Below, piece by piece: positions 28,427 through 37,134 of a DNA stretch of 64,000 bases. Both the position numbers and the translations under genes were made by a program. The notes under the pieces were generated by a model, which saw only the letters and a list, made by a program, of their open reading frames with translations, was not told the origin of the DNA and ran no database searches. The stretch comes from a virus (Duplodnaviria; Caudoviricetes), in the IMG/VR virus record IMGVR_UViG_3300028888_000122, positions 7,976 through 71,975 of that record. The stretch is one strand, 5' to 3'. Positions within the stretch are counted from its first letter, which is position 1. Every line of letters starts with the position of its first letter.

Positions 28427-29374
28427 ATGGCAGACACAAAAGTTTTCTCATTTCCCGAAAACGGGAATAACAACAGTATCCCCTTCTCAATCCCCATCGG
28501 CGGTAACGGTTTCGGTTTCGGCAACGGGATGAACGGCATCGCTGATCTGTTCGGCTTGGCTATCATCGCTTCGATGTTCGGCTGGGGCAACGGTGGATTC
28601 GGAGGCTTCGGCGGATGGGGCGGCAACGCTGGCGGCGCAGGCTTCCTGAGCAACCAGCTCAACAACGACAGCGGCCGCGAGCTGATCATGAACGCCGTCA
28701 CCTCGCAGGGTGAGGCCAACCGCACGGCAGTCCAAACCCTTTCCACGATGTTGGGCCAGGACTTCAACCTCGTGAACGCCGGTATTCAGAGCGCACAGAA
28801 CACGCTCAACCAGATTGCCAACGCACAGGGCATGTCAACCTTGCAGATGATCAATGCTGTACAGTCTGGTGACGCCAACCTTGCAAGCACCATTCAAAAG
28901 TGCTGCTGCGACAACCAGCTTGCTATCTGTCAGCAGACCAACGCCTTGCAGAACGGCATCAACGGTGTAGGCCAGCAGGTAGCAGCCAAGGCTGCAGCAG
29001 ACCAGTTGGCTATGTGTCAGCAGACGTACAACCTCACCGACACCTTCAACCGCGGCTACCTGGCACTCGACAACAAGCTGGATGCTATGGAGAGCAGCCG
29101 CAAGGACCGTGAGATTACCGCACTGACGGCGCAGGTGGCAAAGCTCGAGTCACAGAACTTCACCGCAGGCATCGTTCAGCAAGCCGTTGCACCCATCAAC
29201 GCACAACTCAACGGACTTGCCCGCGAGGTTGATGACATCAAGTGCAAGATGCCGAACACTGTCCCCGTGCAGTACCCCAATATCACCGCAGTGAACACCA
29301 CTCCATATATGGGTGGCTACAATGGCTACGGCTTCTTTGGTGGTAATGGGTTCGGTGGTAACATCGTGTTCTAA
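28427..29374 (+). CDS. Gly-rich/coiled-coil protein with a CCCDN motif, function unknown
   Basis: 315 aa, strong codon bias, own TAATTTTG promoter near 28354. Confidence 0.7.
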   Translation: MADTKVFSFPENGNNNSIPFSIPIGGNGFGFGNGMNGIADLFGLAIIASMFGWGNGGFGGFGGWGGNAGGAGFLSNQLNNDSGRELIMNAVTSQGEANRTAVQTLSTMLGQDFNLVNAGIQSAQNTLNQIANAQGMSTLQMINAVQSGDANLASTIQKCCCDNQLAICQQTNALQNGINGVGQQVAAKAAADQLAMCQQTYNLTDTFNRGYLALDNKLDAMESSRKDREITALTAQVAKLESQNFTAGIVQQAVAPINAQLNGLAREVDDIKCKMPNTVPVQYPNITAVNTTPYMGGYNGYGFFGGNGFGGNIVF

Positions 29375-29397
29375 AGCAGCTTCAAGGAGGAAAGGTT

Positions 29398-29739
29398 ATG
29401 GGAGGTTGCTTTAATATCACCACCAATGCGGGTGGCATCCCATATCTGAATGTCACCAATGTTACCGTAGGAACGGACAGCGTTGACCTTGCACTTGGTT
29501 TCCGCAGGATTCAGCCGGTAGGCTATCTCACGATTCGCCTTGCCACGCCGATTCCCGCAGACGCCACCACGACGTTGCCTGTGACCATCACGCTCAACGG
29601 CACTACGAGGAATCTCACGCTGTTCAACGGCACTCAGGTAACAGTGGCAGACCTCATTGGAGGTACTGGCGTCGTTACCGTGTTCAACGACCGTTTTAAT
29701 GGTATTCTTCAGTTGCTGTCACAAGCAGTGACTGCTTAA
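29398..29739 (+). CDS. Hypothetical beta-sandwich protein
   Basis: Clean ORF in cassette. Confidence 0.6.
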   Translation: MGGCFNITTNAGGIPYLNVTNVTVGTDSVDLALGFRRIQPVGYLTIRLATPIPADATTTLPVTITLNGTTRNLTLFNGTQVTVADLIGGTGVVTVFNDRFNGILQLLSQAVTA

Positions 29740-29770
29740 ATTAATCAATAAACATTAAATACAAATTACC

Positions 29771-30262
29771 ATGTTTCAGAATCTTAGACAAGGCAACACA
29801 CTTTATGTAATCGACAAGTCAGGTGTTCCTTCGCTGAAAATAGGGCAAGTGATAAGCGTCGGCAACCCCTCACCAGTGTACAACACAACAACGCCAATAA
29901 CGATGGGTCTGCAGACGAAGACCGAAGTGCTTGTCAGGGCGAAGGTCGATGACAAGGAAGGCGACTTTCCCCACCTGCCGTCCGACCAGAACGTCCACGA
30001 CTACGGCAATATGATCATCACCGACAGCCGTGAGGCGGCGTTGAGCGAGATTGACGCGCTCAAGCAGTTTTCGCAGAACGTCATCGACAGCGTTCCTTTG
30101 CACGAGAAGACCGTTCTCGCCTGTGACGATATAGCCAAATCGCTTAATCCAAGCTATGCGAAGGAGAAAGAGCGTGACGAGGCCATCGGTAAGCTCAACA
30201 ACCGCATGGATAACATCGAGGGAAGCCTCGGCAAGATTTTGAAACTATTAAACGACAAATAA
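29771..30262 (+). CDS. Hypothetical protein with a C-terminal coiled coil
   Basis: Clean ORF in cassette. Confidence 0.65.
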   Translation: MFQNLRQGNTLYVIDKSGVPSLKIGQVISVGNPSPVYNTTTPITMGLQTKTEVLVRAKVDDKEGDFPHLPSDQNVHDYGNMIITDSREAALSEIDALKQFSQNVIDSVPLHEKTVLACDDIAKSLNPSYAKEKERDEAIGKLNNRMDNIEGSLGKILKLLNDK

Positions 30263-30272
30263 AACAGACATC

Positions 30273-30509
30273 ATGGGATACATTTTAGAGTTCAGAGACG
30301 AGATGGAGAAAGAAGAGCTGATGCAGAAACTGCACACAGCGAAGAAAGCCGTATGTGAAGCCATGGAAGCCATGGAAGATGCCGACGGTATGCAGGAGCG
30401 TGGCCGCTACCGCGGTAACTACCGCGACCGCATGGAGACCCGCAGGGGCATGCGTATGCGCGACGACATGGACGACATGGAGTACCGCAACGGACGCTAC
30501 GGCTATTAA
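30273..30509 (+). CDS. Small Met/Arg/Asp-rich protein
   Basis: Clean ORF followed by a terminator. Confidence 0.6.
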   Translation: MGYILEFRDEMEKEELMQKLHTAKKAVCEAMEAMEDADGMQERGRYRGNYRDRMETRRGMRMRDDMDDMEYRNGRYGY

Positions 30510-30524
30510 TACGACATTTTAATC

Positions 30525-30552
30525 GGGCGGTGGCAAAAACTACCGCCCTTTT
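30525..30552 (+). terminator. Intrinsic terminator
   Basis: GGGCGGTGG/CTACCGCCC stem plus TTTT. Confidence 0.65.
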
Positions 30553-30570
30553 CACTTAAATCTCAATACT

Positions 30571-30966
30571 ATGCAATACTACATCAGTGAAGGAGAGGCC
30601 CAGTACATGGATGCCAACCAGGGCCACTTCAGCAATGCTCTGGCCCAGTGGGCCATATCACGAATGAGGGTGCGTGACGCCGGAGGGAACCTTGTCAAGA
30701 TCAACTCCATCCCATTTGAAGAGGTAGAGAAGACTTTGCAGGATTACGGCATCGGCATAAAGGAAGAGAGCGTTTATGACGCTTGGTACCTTTACAACAT
30801 GTGCCTTGCCGACTACCGCCGTTCACTCCCCGAGCGCAATGACATCGCGATGTACATCGACGAGACCATCAACGACCCAGACTGTGACCCGACGGCTGTT
30901 TTGGCCTGTTTCCGTGCCAAAATGGACACTATGCGTGTGCCTATACATTGGGAGCGCTATCTATGA
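30571..30966 (+). CDS. Hypothetical protein
   Basis: Clean ORF; YMDANQGHFS motif. Confidence 0.6.
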   Translation: MQYYISEGEAQYMDANQGHFSNALAQWAISRMRVRDAGGNLVKINSIPFEEVEKTLQDYGIGIKEESVYDAWYLYNMCLADYRRSLPERNDIAMYIDETINDPDCDPTAVLACFRAKMDTMRVPIHWERYL

Positions 30967-31352
30967 AGAAGCACTATATCGACATCGTCGGCAGGTGGGC
31001 ATTCATCTTCGCCTATGACATCGAAGAGAACAACCTCGGAGAAGTCGGCGACTGGCTTGAAGCTTTAGGCGCTTCAAGGAGAGACATCATCCGTTCTCAG
31101 CGCGTATTATCTGGCCTTAATACAGGATTTACGTTCAGCAGCGACAGCCTGCGGATGAGCGTGATGTGTATAAGCAACGCCACGGACGTAGAACAATGGT
31201 GGGACACGCTCGACCACGAGATAGACCACTTACAGTACACCATCATGCAATACTACGACGTAGAACCAGGGACAGAAGAAGCCGCATACCTTCAAGGGTA
31301 CATCATGCGCGGTATCGTCAAGGCTCTGCTTTCTGACGGAGTAATGTTCTAA
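30963..31352 (+). CDS. Putative zinc metallopeptidase-like protein
   Basis: HEIDH (HExxH) followed by EEAAY; start moved to the ATGA overlap at 30963. Confidence 0.55.
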   Translation: MKKHYIDIVGRWAFIFAYDIEENNLGEVGDWLEALGASRRDIIRSQRVLSGLNTGFTFSSDSLRMSVMCISNATDVEQWWDTLDHEIDHLQYTIMQYYDVEPGTEEAAYLQGYIMRGIVKALLSDGVMF

Positions 31353-32547
31353 TAACTTTCTCGTTGGCCTTGTCAACAGGTTTCCACGACTTCTTGATAT
31401 AGATGTCTGTGACAGCCGTTGCGGGGTCAACGTGGTTTAAGGCCAGGTGCACCGTCCACTTGTCTATGCCGCAGTCGTTGACCGCTATCGTCGCCCACGA
31501 GTGCCGCGCCGCATAGAACGTCAGTTCAGGTTCCCCTATCCTCTTCCCTACAATATCCAGTCCTTTGTTGATCGCAGCATTGAACGTACCTTTGTCGGCA
31601 TACATTCGCCAAAAGCGGAACACATGACCACTCCCTTTTTTGTCACGGTATTTTTCAAAAAGTGACATAGCCACTTTCGGCACCTTTACGCTCATTAACG
31701 CATTGTCGCTGCGCCTGTTACGCGTCTTCTGCCGTTCGTATATTATCCTTCCGTCTTTATATTCGCTGCACGAAAACAGGTCTGCGGAGTTCATCCCGAC
31801 AAGAAAGAACGACAACATAAACACGTCTTTAGCAAGGTTGTATCTCGCGCCTTTAGTGCCTTCTTTCAACGGCTCGTCTTTCATTTCAAATATTGACATG
31901 ATTTGACTTATCTCAAGCGCTCTTTTCTTGGTCGGTTCATATTTGGCCACATCAATGCCCGTGAATGGATTGAATGGTATGATATCAGCGTCTATGTTGT
32001 ACTCCTTCATCAGCGTATTGTATGCGGCTTGCAGTTGCGCTTTGTAGAGTGACGGCGCACGATTGCCTGAGATTGACATAAACGCGTCTCTCACGCGTTT
32101 TCTCGTTAAAGCCGATAAAGGTATCACATCGCTGCCGAAAGCCGCGCAGAACGCATTTATGGCCGTTATTCGGTTTGTCGCCGTGCCAGCGTGCCCGGCA
32201 AGTTTCATCTTCTCAGCCTCTCGTTTGACGTAAGCAACGAAATCCGTTGTCATAATGTCGTCTTTACCCCTCGCGTTGATGAGCGCAACGACGCTCTTTA
32301 CGTCAATGCCACGCAGATCGTTTTCATCGCAGATGCGCATATAGCGCCTGATGATAGCATCGGATTTGTCGAGAACACGGTAGTCGCTTATGACTGTTCC
32401 AGATTTTTTGCTTTTGCGCACATATTGCTTGCTTACATAGATGTCGGTGGGTATGTACGCCACACCCCTGGAATGGATCACACGGATGCGGATTGAGTAT
32501 GTGTTGTCGGCCCTTAATCGACCGATTGTCGCTTTGAAAGTAGCCAT
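31318..32547 (-). CDS. int: Integrase (tyrosine recombinase)
   Basis: N-terminal arm-binding domain, GMNSAD, FYAARHSWAT, LNH, catalytic Y in TDIYI; adjacent attP. Confidence 0.92.
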   Translation of the reverse strand: MATFKATIGRLRADNTYSIRIRVIHSRGVAYIPTDIYVSKQYVRKSKKSGTVISDYRVLDKSDAIIRRYMRICDENDLRGIDVKSVVALINARGKDDIMTTDFVAYVKREAEKMKLAGHAGTATNRITAINAFCAAFGSDVIPLSALTRKRVRDAFMSISGNRAPSLYKAQLQAAYNTLMKEYNIDADIIPFNPFTGIDVAKYEPTKKRALEISQIMSIFEMKDEPLKEGTKGARYNLAKDVFMLSFFLVGMNSADLFSCSEYKDGRIIYERQKTRNRRSDNALMSVKVPKVAMSLFEKYRDKKGSGHVFRFWRMYADKGTFNAAINKGLDIVGKRIGEPELTFYAARHSWATIAVNDCGIDKWTVHLALNHVDPATAVTDIYIKKSWKPVDKANEKVIRTLLRQKAEP

Positions 32548-32573
32548 TTCGCGTTAAATAATATTAAAAATAA

Positions 32574-32593
32574 TGTGTCAACTATTTGTAAAC
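32574..32593 (+). repeat. Arm-type integrase site, copy 1 (TGTGTCAACTATTTGTAAAC)
   Basis: Exact 20-bp direct repeat with 32807-32826, flanking the core. Confidence 0.75.
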
Positions 32594-32712
32594 ATTTGTC
32601 AACATTCTACATCAAAAAGTGTTGTAAAGTGCGCACAAAAATGCGATGAACGAATAAAAAATTAGGTTGATAACCCATTGAGTTTCAACCTAATTCGCTG
32701 TGTTTCAAGAGT

Positions 32713-32755
32713 GAGCGGCAGACGGGACTCGGACCCGCGGCCCTCAGCTTGGGAA
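32713..32755 (-). other. attP core: 3' half of tRNA-Gly(CCC)
   Basis: Minus strand TTCCCAAGCTGAGGGCCGCGGGTCCGAGTCCCGTCTGCCGCTC = anticodon loop to acceptor stem; no 5' half present. Confidence 0.85.
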
Positions 32756-32806
32756 ACTCAAGTGGTGTGATTGTCAGTCAGTTAGTTACATAATTTTTTC
32801 AATTTT

Positions 32807-32826
32807 TGTGTCAACTATTTGTAAAC
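32807..32826 (+). repeat. Arm-type integrase site, copy 2
   Basis: Exact repeat of 32574-32593. Confidence 0.75.
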
Positions 32827-32854
32827 TTTTCCGTGTTAATGAAAGTGAATGCGA

Positions 32855-33032
32855 TTTGGTGTTCGGCTTATAGCCGTAGTAATTTTGCTATCGCTTATCT
32901 TTGGGGAGGGAGAGGCGAGAGGATGACTACACAAGACATTATGAGTTGCCTGAAAAGGGTAAAACAATAGCGGCTTGCTGGGGTGTTCTCTCTTCCCTCC
33001 CCTGGAAAGATAAGAAGGCAAGCTGCTTTTTT
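32855..33032 (+). ncRNA. Small structured transcription unit with a 15-codon mini-ORF (32923-32970)
   Basis: TTTG-21nt-TAATTTTG promoter; long complementary arms 32894-32914/32989-33014; stem 32970-32978/33018-33026 plus T6. Confidence 0.45.
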
Positions 33033-33407
33033 ATGCACTTGCGCAATCTTTGACTTACTGAATTAGGGTTCTATCCAGTACCACCCTGCCATACACGAGA
33101 TGGTGAGATAAAAGGTACAGAAGACCTGTTGGTATTATACCATTTCCGAGTAATGTCCTGCTCTGACCCACACCCTGTCAACAGGCGACTCATGATATGG
33201 CCCTTCAAGGGATTGAGAGGCACTCGGCAATGGCGAAACAAACCGACGCAAGGAGACGCGGATACCGAACGGGCCGTCGAAGGGAACAGTCTCTGGAATG
33301 AGGCTACGCTGCAATGACGTAAAAGTTCGCTTCGCAAACTCTCATAGTATATAATAATATATTATGAGGAGAAGGGGGTGATATGCCCTTATATGAAGAA
33401 AAGCGTT

Positions 33408-34028
33408 TTATTCCAGAACAAGCCCCGCCAAAACTTTCCAGATTCCGCGAATTGAAGAAAGCGGCACTTCGAACGGCACATACTTCTTGTTGTCGTTCAA
33501 AGAGTGGCACGTCACCTTTTCGGGCGAAGAGCCTGGTCTCAGTTCCTTGACAATAGCGCCGTTCACCGTGTCGATGACATAAACTTTGCCCCATTCGATG
33601 AAATCCGGGTCGTCAACGCGCCGGCAGAACAGCCTTGAGCCGCTCGGGTATTTCGGAGCCATGCTGTCCCCGCTCACCTCGATGGCCATTTCAGCGCCTT
33701 TCACGGGCGCGTGAACGCGTTCAAGTGACTTGACCGATGCGGAGTCCAACTGCTCGCTCAAAGCGCCTCCTAACGCGAACATATTGACGATAGGCACATT
33801 ATTATCAAAAGCCGTGTCGTTTTTGAACGGTTCCCCTTTCCCTGTCACAAGCCAGTCTATGTTCAGGTCGGGATACACAGAGGCGACGCCTTTGATTGCC
33901 TCAGACGAAAGATTCTTCACGCTATTGAAGTAAGCGTTACCTTTTCCGATTTTCTTTTCAAGACCGCTGATCGTGTCGCCTTTCATCCGCACGAACTCTT
34001 TAAGTCTTGCTTTTGTCTCGATTCCCAT
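33408..34028 (-). CDS. CI-like repressor with S24 autopeptidase domain
   Basis: N-terminal HTH (ISGLEKKIGKGNAYF; LNIDWLVTGKG); VSGDSMAP catalytic Ser; IVKEL Lys. Confidence 0.9.
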   Translation of the reverse strand: MGIETKARLKEFVRMKGDTISGLEKKIGKGNAYFNSVKNLSSEAIKGVASVYPDLNIDWLVTGKGEPFKNDTAFDNNVPIVNMFALGGALSEQLDSASVKSLERVHAPVKGAEMAIEVSGDSMAPKYPSGSRLFCRRVDDPDFIEWGKVYVIDTVNGAIVKELRPGSSPEKVTCHSLNDNKKYVPFEVPLSSIRGIWKVLAGLVLE

Positions 34029-34040
34029 TTTCGTTTCATT

Positions 34041-34228
34041 TTAGGCTAATACTCTAAATATTTACGGTAGAAAACATCTTGTTTTTCAGTGATTTAACTG
34101 AAACAAGTAAAGTAATCTAAGCGTTAATACGCTGATAATCAAGTAGTCTCAATTGGACTTAATCCAAATTAGGCCATTACCATAATTTTTTCGACAAATT
34201 ATTTGGTGCATTTAGGCATATACCCTAA
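34041..34228 (+). promoter_or_regulatory. Three 17-bp operators (34041-57, 34169-85, 34212-28) and the rightward promoter (TTTG 34202-05, TAATTTTG 34226-33)
   Basis: TTAGGCTAATACTCTAA, TTAGGCCATTACCATAA, TTAGGCATATACCCTAA; the last has perfect TTAGG/CCTAA arms. Confidence 0.75.
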
Positions 34229-34296
34229 TTTTGCATCACCAAACCGATAGTGATAGTCTAACCCACATATCATTTCGGCGACAAATTTATAAAGAA

Positions 34297-34515
34297 ATGT
34301 TGAAATTAGCAAACATAGTGACAAAAAAATATGTGAGTATCAGGGAAACCCTTCTCGCATTACCTCTCAACGATGAGCGATACATCGCCGAGGATGTCAT
34401 TGCGTCAATGGATATCCGCAAGACCGCGAGCAAGCTCAAGAAGCAAGGTCTGGGCGAGTGGAAAGTCCGCAAGCAGCGCGGTGTCAATGTCACGAGCATA
34501 ACGAGGTTGGCATGA
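34297..34515 (+). CDS. Cro-position small DNA-binding protein
   Basis: First gene after the rightward promoter; start reassigned to ATG 34297. Confidence 0.55.
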   Translation: MLKLANIVTKKYVSIRETLLALPLNDERYIAEDVIASMDIRKTASKLKKQGLGEWKVRKQRGVNVTSITRLA

Positions 34516-34769
34516 AAGACGGCGGCAGGTACATAGTTCTCACTCCCGAAGAACTCGACGCATTGCTCGAGAAGGCAGTTGTCAAAGGGATCATGGCCGC
34601 GCGTTCATCACTAATGAGCCGCAGGCAGGCCGAGAAGGAGTATGGCAGAGCCACTATCAACCACCTCATCGAACGAGGCCTTATCGAAGGCCACAGGCAG
34701 GGCGCTGCCTCTAACTCCAAAGTCCTTTTCGGGAGAGAGGAGATAGAACGCGCCATTCTCAAGGGCTGA
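34512..34769 (+). CDS. Excisionase-like winged-helix protein
   Basis: MSRRQAEKEYGRATINHLIERGLI...VLFGREEIE; ATGA overlap. Confidence 0.55.
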   Translation: MKDGGRYIVLTPEELDALLEKAVVKGIMAARSSLMSRRQAEKEYGRATINHLIERGLIEGHRQGAASNSKVLFGREEIERAILKG

Positions 34770-34984
34770 CGGTCAGCCAACGTGACAGACGTGCGGGGTC
34801 ACGATAATAAACCCGCTAATCCAGTAACGCCCGCGAGAGGCGACTGGCGCAGGCCTCAAATAGAGGCTGAGCGAAGATAAAGCACCCGACATAAGCAGAT
34901 GCCAGCGGTGATCATCCCGAAAGAAGTAGGGGTGTAGCGGTTGAGAGCGGAAGGGCATAAGTAAGGACTTATTATGCTATTACA

Positions 34985-35019
34985 CGCACATGGGGGTTCG
35001 ACTCCCGCATGTGCGGCAA
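34985..35019 (+). ncRNA. tRNA minihelix mimic
   Basis: 12-position stem CGCACATGGGGG/CCCGCATGTGCG (one G-G mismatch) with T-loop TTCGACT, then GCAA. Confidence 0.5.
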
Positions 35020-35029
35020 ACAAAGGAGA

Positions 35030-35175
35030 TTTTTTAATTTCGTTTCATTTTGAAATTCATGGTAGTAATCTTAAAATTAGGTTTTGCCGCCTTGTCGTGA
35101 GACACAGCGGCTGATTGTAGGACAACATCCATAATTCAATGATTGCAATAGTCTTGTCGTGAGACACGGCTATTA
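35030..35175 (+). ncRNA. Two tandem modules: antisense-start-codon tract plus GTGA-loop hairpin
   Basis: Exact repeat CTTGTCGTGAGACAC at 35091-35105 and 35153-35167, each closed by a stem and preceded by a CAT-containing AT-rich tract. Confidence 0.5.
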
Positions 35176-35213
35176 TTTATGAAAACATTTTATTAACAAC
35201 AATATATTATTAT

Positions 35214-35789
35214 ATGGCAGAAACAAAGACAAAGACCGCCTCGTTGCTGCAGAAGCTCATGTTTATCCAACAGGAACTTGTTGCGACGAAAGGCAGAGAA
35301 AACAAGTTCGGCGGATTCATGTTCCGTAGCGTTGAGGACATTCTCGCTGCCGTGAAACCGCTATTGAAAGAGCGTGGCCTCGTTCTTCTTCTCAACGACA
35401 AAGTTGAGATGGTAGGCGAACGCTTTTACATGCACTCGATTGCCACGGTTACAGACGGAAGCGAGTCAATCACGGCAGACGGCTGGGCCAGAGAGCCCGA
35501 GCACAAGACCAAGAGCGACGACGCACAGGTGACCGGCATGTCGAGTTCCTATGCCCGCAAGTATGCCCTGTGTGGCTTGTTTATTATCGACAACACCGAC
35601 AACAAGGACTACGACATGCTCGACAACAGCAAGGAAGGTGTAGAAGACCCGCTCGCGGCGCAGATCAAGAGTGCCAAGAGTGTTGACGAACTCGCCACCA
35701 TCTGGAAGGCCAACCCCTCCATCACAGGTGACCAGACTTACAAGGAAATGTTCTCACAACGCAAACACGAACTGCAAGATGGACATTAA
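35214..35789 (+). CDS. erf: ERF-family single-strand annealing protein
   Basis: AQVTGMSSSYARKYALCGLF signature. Confidence 0.88.
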   Translation: MAETKTKTASLLQKLMFIQQELVATKGRENKFGGFMFRSVEDILAAVKPLLKERGLVLLLNDKVEMVGERFYMHSIATVTDGSESITADGWAREPEHKTKSDDAQVTGMSSSYARKYALCGLFIIDNTDNKDYDMLDNSKEGVEDPLAAQIKSAKSVDELATIWKANPSITGDQTYKEMFSQRKHELQDGH

Positions 35790-36702
35790 GTTGAACCCGA
35801 GCGGTGTCGTGTTCGACGAGCACAGGCACCTGTATTCCCTTAACGGGAAACCATTGAAGGGCATCACCGGCATGATTGGCCGCCAGTTGTTCCCTGACAA
35901 GTATGCTGACATTCCGCAGCACATCCTTGACAAAGCCGCAGAGTACGGTTCATCGGTGCACAGCACGATAGAGTTGTGCGACTCCCTTGGAGACCACGAC
36001 AATGCCGACCCGATTTACCAGGCATACCGCTCACTACTCTTTAGCGAAGGCCTCACGGTTATCGCCAACGAGTACATCGTCACCGACTATGAGCACTTCG
36101 CCTCTCCTATTGATGTCGTTGCGCATGACAAGGACGGCAACATCGCCATCATCGACATCAAGACCACGAGCAAGCATGACGGGGAATACGTGTCATGGCA
36201 GGGCAGTGTGTTGAAGAAACTGTTCTGCATCACCAACCCGCACCTCGCCGACAAGGTCAAGAGCGTCTATACTGTATGGCTCCCGAAGGTCATGTACGGC
36301 AAGCCCAGCATCTTCAAGGAGTGGCTGCGTGACGAGAGCGATGTCGATGAGCTCCTCAAGGCCGAGATTGAGCACCGCAAAGTATCCCTCGTGCCCAAAG
36401 AGAGCAACAACGCGTTGTCTCTTACCGATGACGCCATTGCCGAGTTCGCCAACATCGAGAGGCAGCTTGCCGAGGCCAAAGAGCGCAGTAAAGAGATGCG
36501 TGACGGCCTGTTGCTGGCGATGAAGGAGAACGGAGTAAAGTCGTTCAAGTGCGACCGTTTCATGCTGACCCGCGTCATACCGAGCGGAGAACCCGCCTAC
36601 ACGCTCGACACCGAGCGCTTAAAGGACGAGCATCCCGAAATTTGGGAAGAGTACAAGAAAGAGAAGAAACAAAGCGAATCATTACGTATTAAACTTTATT
36701 GA
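35779..36702 (+). CDS. PD-(D/E)xK exonuclease-like protein
   Basis: ASPIDVV...IIDIKTT motif; start reassigned to ATG 35779. Confidence 0.75.
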   Translation: MDIKLNPSGVVFDEHRHLYSLNGKPLKGITGMIGRQLFPDKYADIPQHILDKAAEYGSSVHSTIELCDSLGDHDNADPIYQAYRSLLFSEGLTVIANEYIVTDYEHFASPIDVVAHDKDGNIAIIDIKTTSKHDGEYVSWQGSVLKKLFCITNPHLADKVKSVYTVWLPKVMYGKPSIFKEWLRDESDVDELLKAEIEHRKVSLVPKESNNALSLTDDAIAEFANIERQLAEAKERSKEMRDGLLLAMKENGVKSFKCDRFMLTRVIPSGEPAYTLDTERLKDEHPEIWEEYKKEKKQSESLRIKLY

Positions 36703-36703
36703 T

Positions 36704-37117
36704 ATGGAAATCAAAGGAACATTAAAGAAAGTATGCCCTGTTGAGAATATCCAGGGCAAGACAGGTAACACATTCCAGAAGCGCGTCATCGTAGTCGATT
36801 GTTCAAGCGTTGACGATGTGACTGGTGAGATCAGAGAGAACATCCTCGCCTTCGAGACGAGCGGAAGGTTCGTCAACGACTACGACCGTTATGTCGGCAT
36901 GGAAGGCAAGGAAGTCACCGTGCGTTTCGGTATCAGCGGGCGAAGTTGGACGAACAGCGACGGCACCGAGAAGTATATGACGACATTGCGTCTCATCGGT
37001 CTCGTTATGCCCGACGCCATCCCCGCCGCCCCAAGTCCTCAACCAGCTCCACAGCCAGCACCACAGCCAAAGCCTGATTTCAATCAGACGCAGCAAGGGG
37101 ATGGGCTCCCATTTTAG
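36704..37117 (+). CDS. Single-stranded DNA-binding protein (DUF3127-like)
   Basis: OB-like N-terminus; PAPQ linker; acidic GDGLPF tail. Confidence 0.8.
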   Translation: MEIKGTLKKVCPVENIQGKTGNTFQKRVIVVDCSSVDDVTGEIRENILAFETSGRFVNDYDRYVGMEGKEVTVRFGISGRSWTNSDGTEKYMTTLRLIGLVMPDAIPAAPSPQPAPQPAPQPKPDFNQTQQGDGLPF

Positions 37118-37134
37118 CAACTAACTGATAACCA

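Noticed and set aside
457-30555. Numerous antisense and alternate-frame ORFs in the track over the structural genes
   Set aside because: Shadow frames produced by C-ending codon bias; no leaders or motifs
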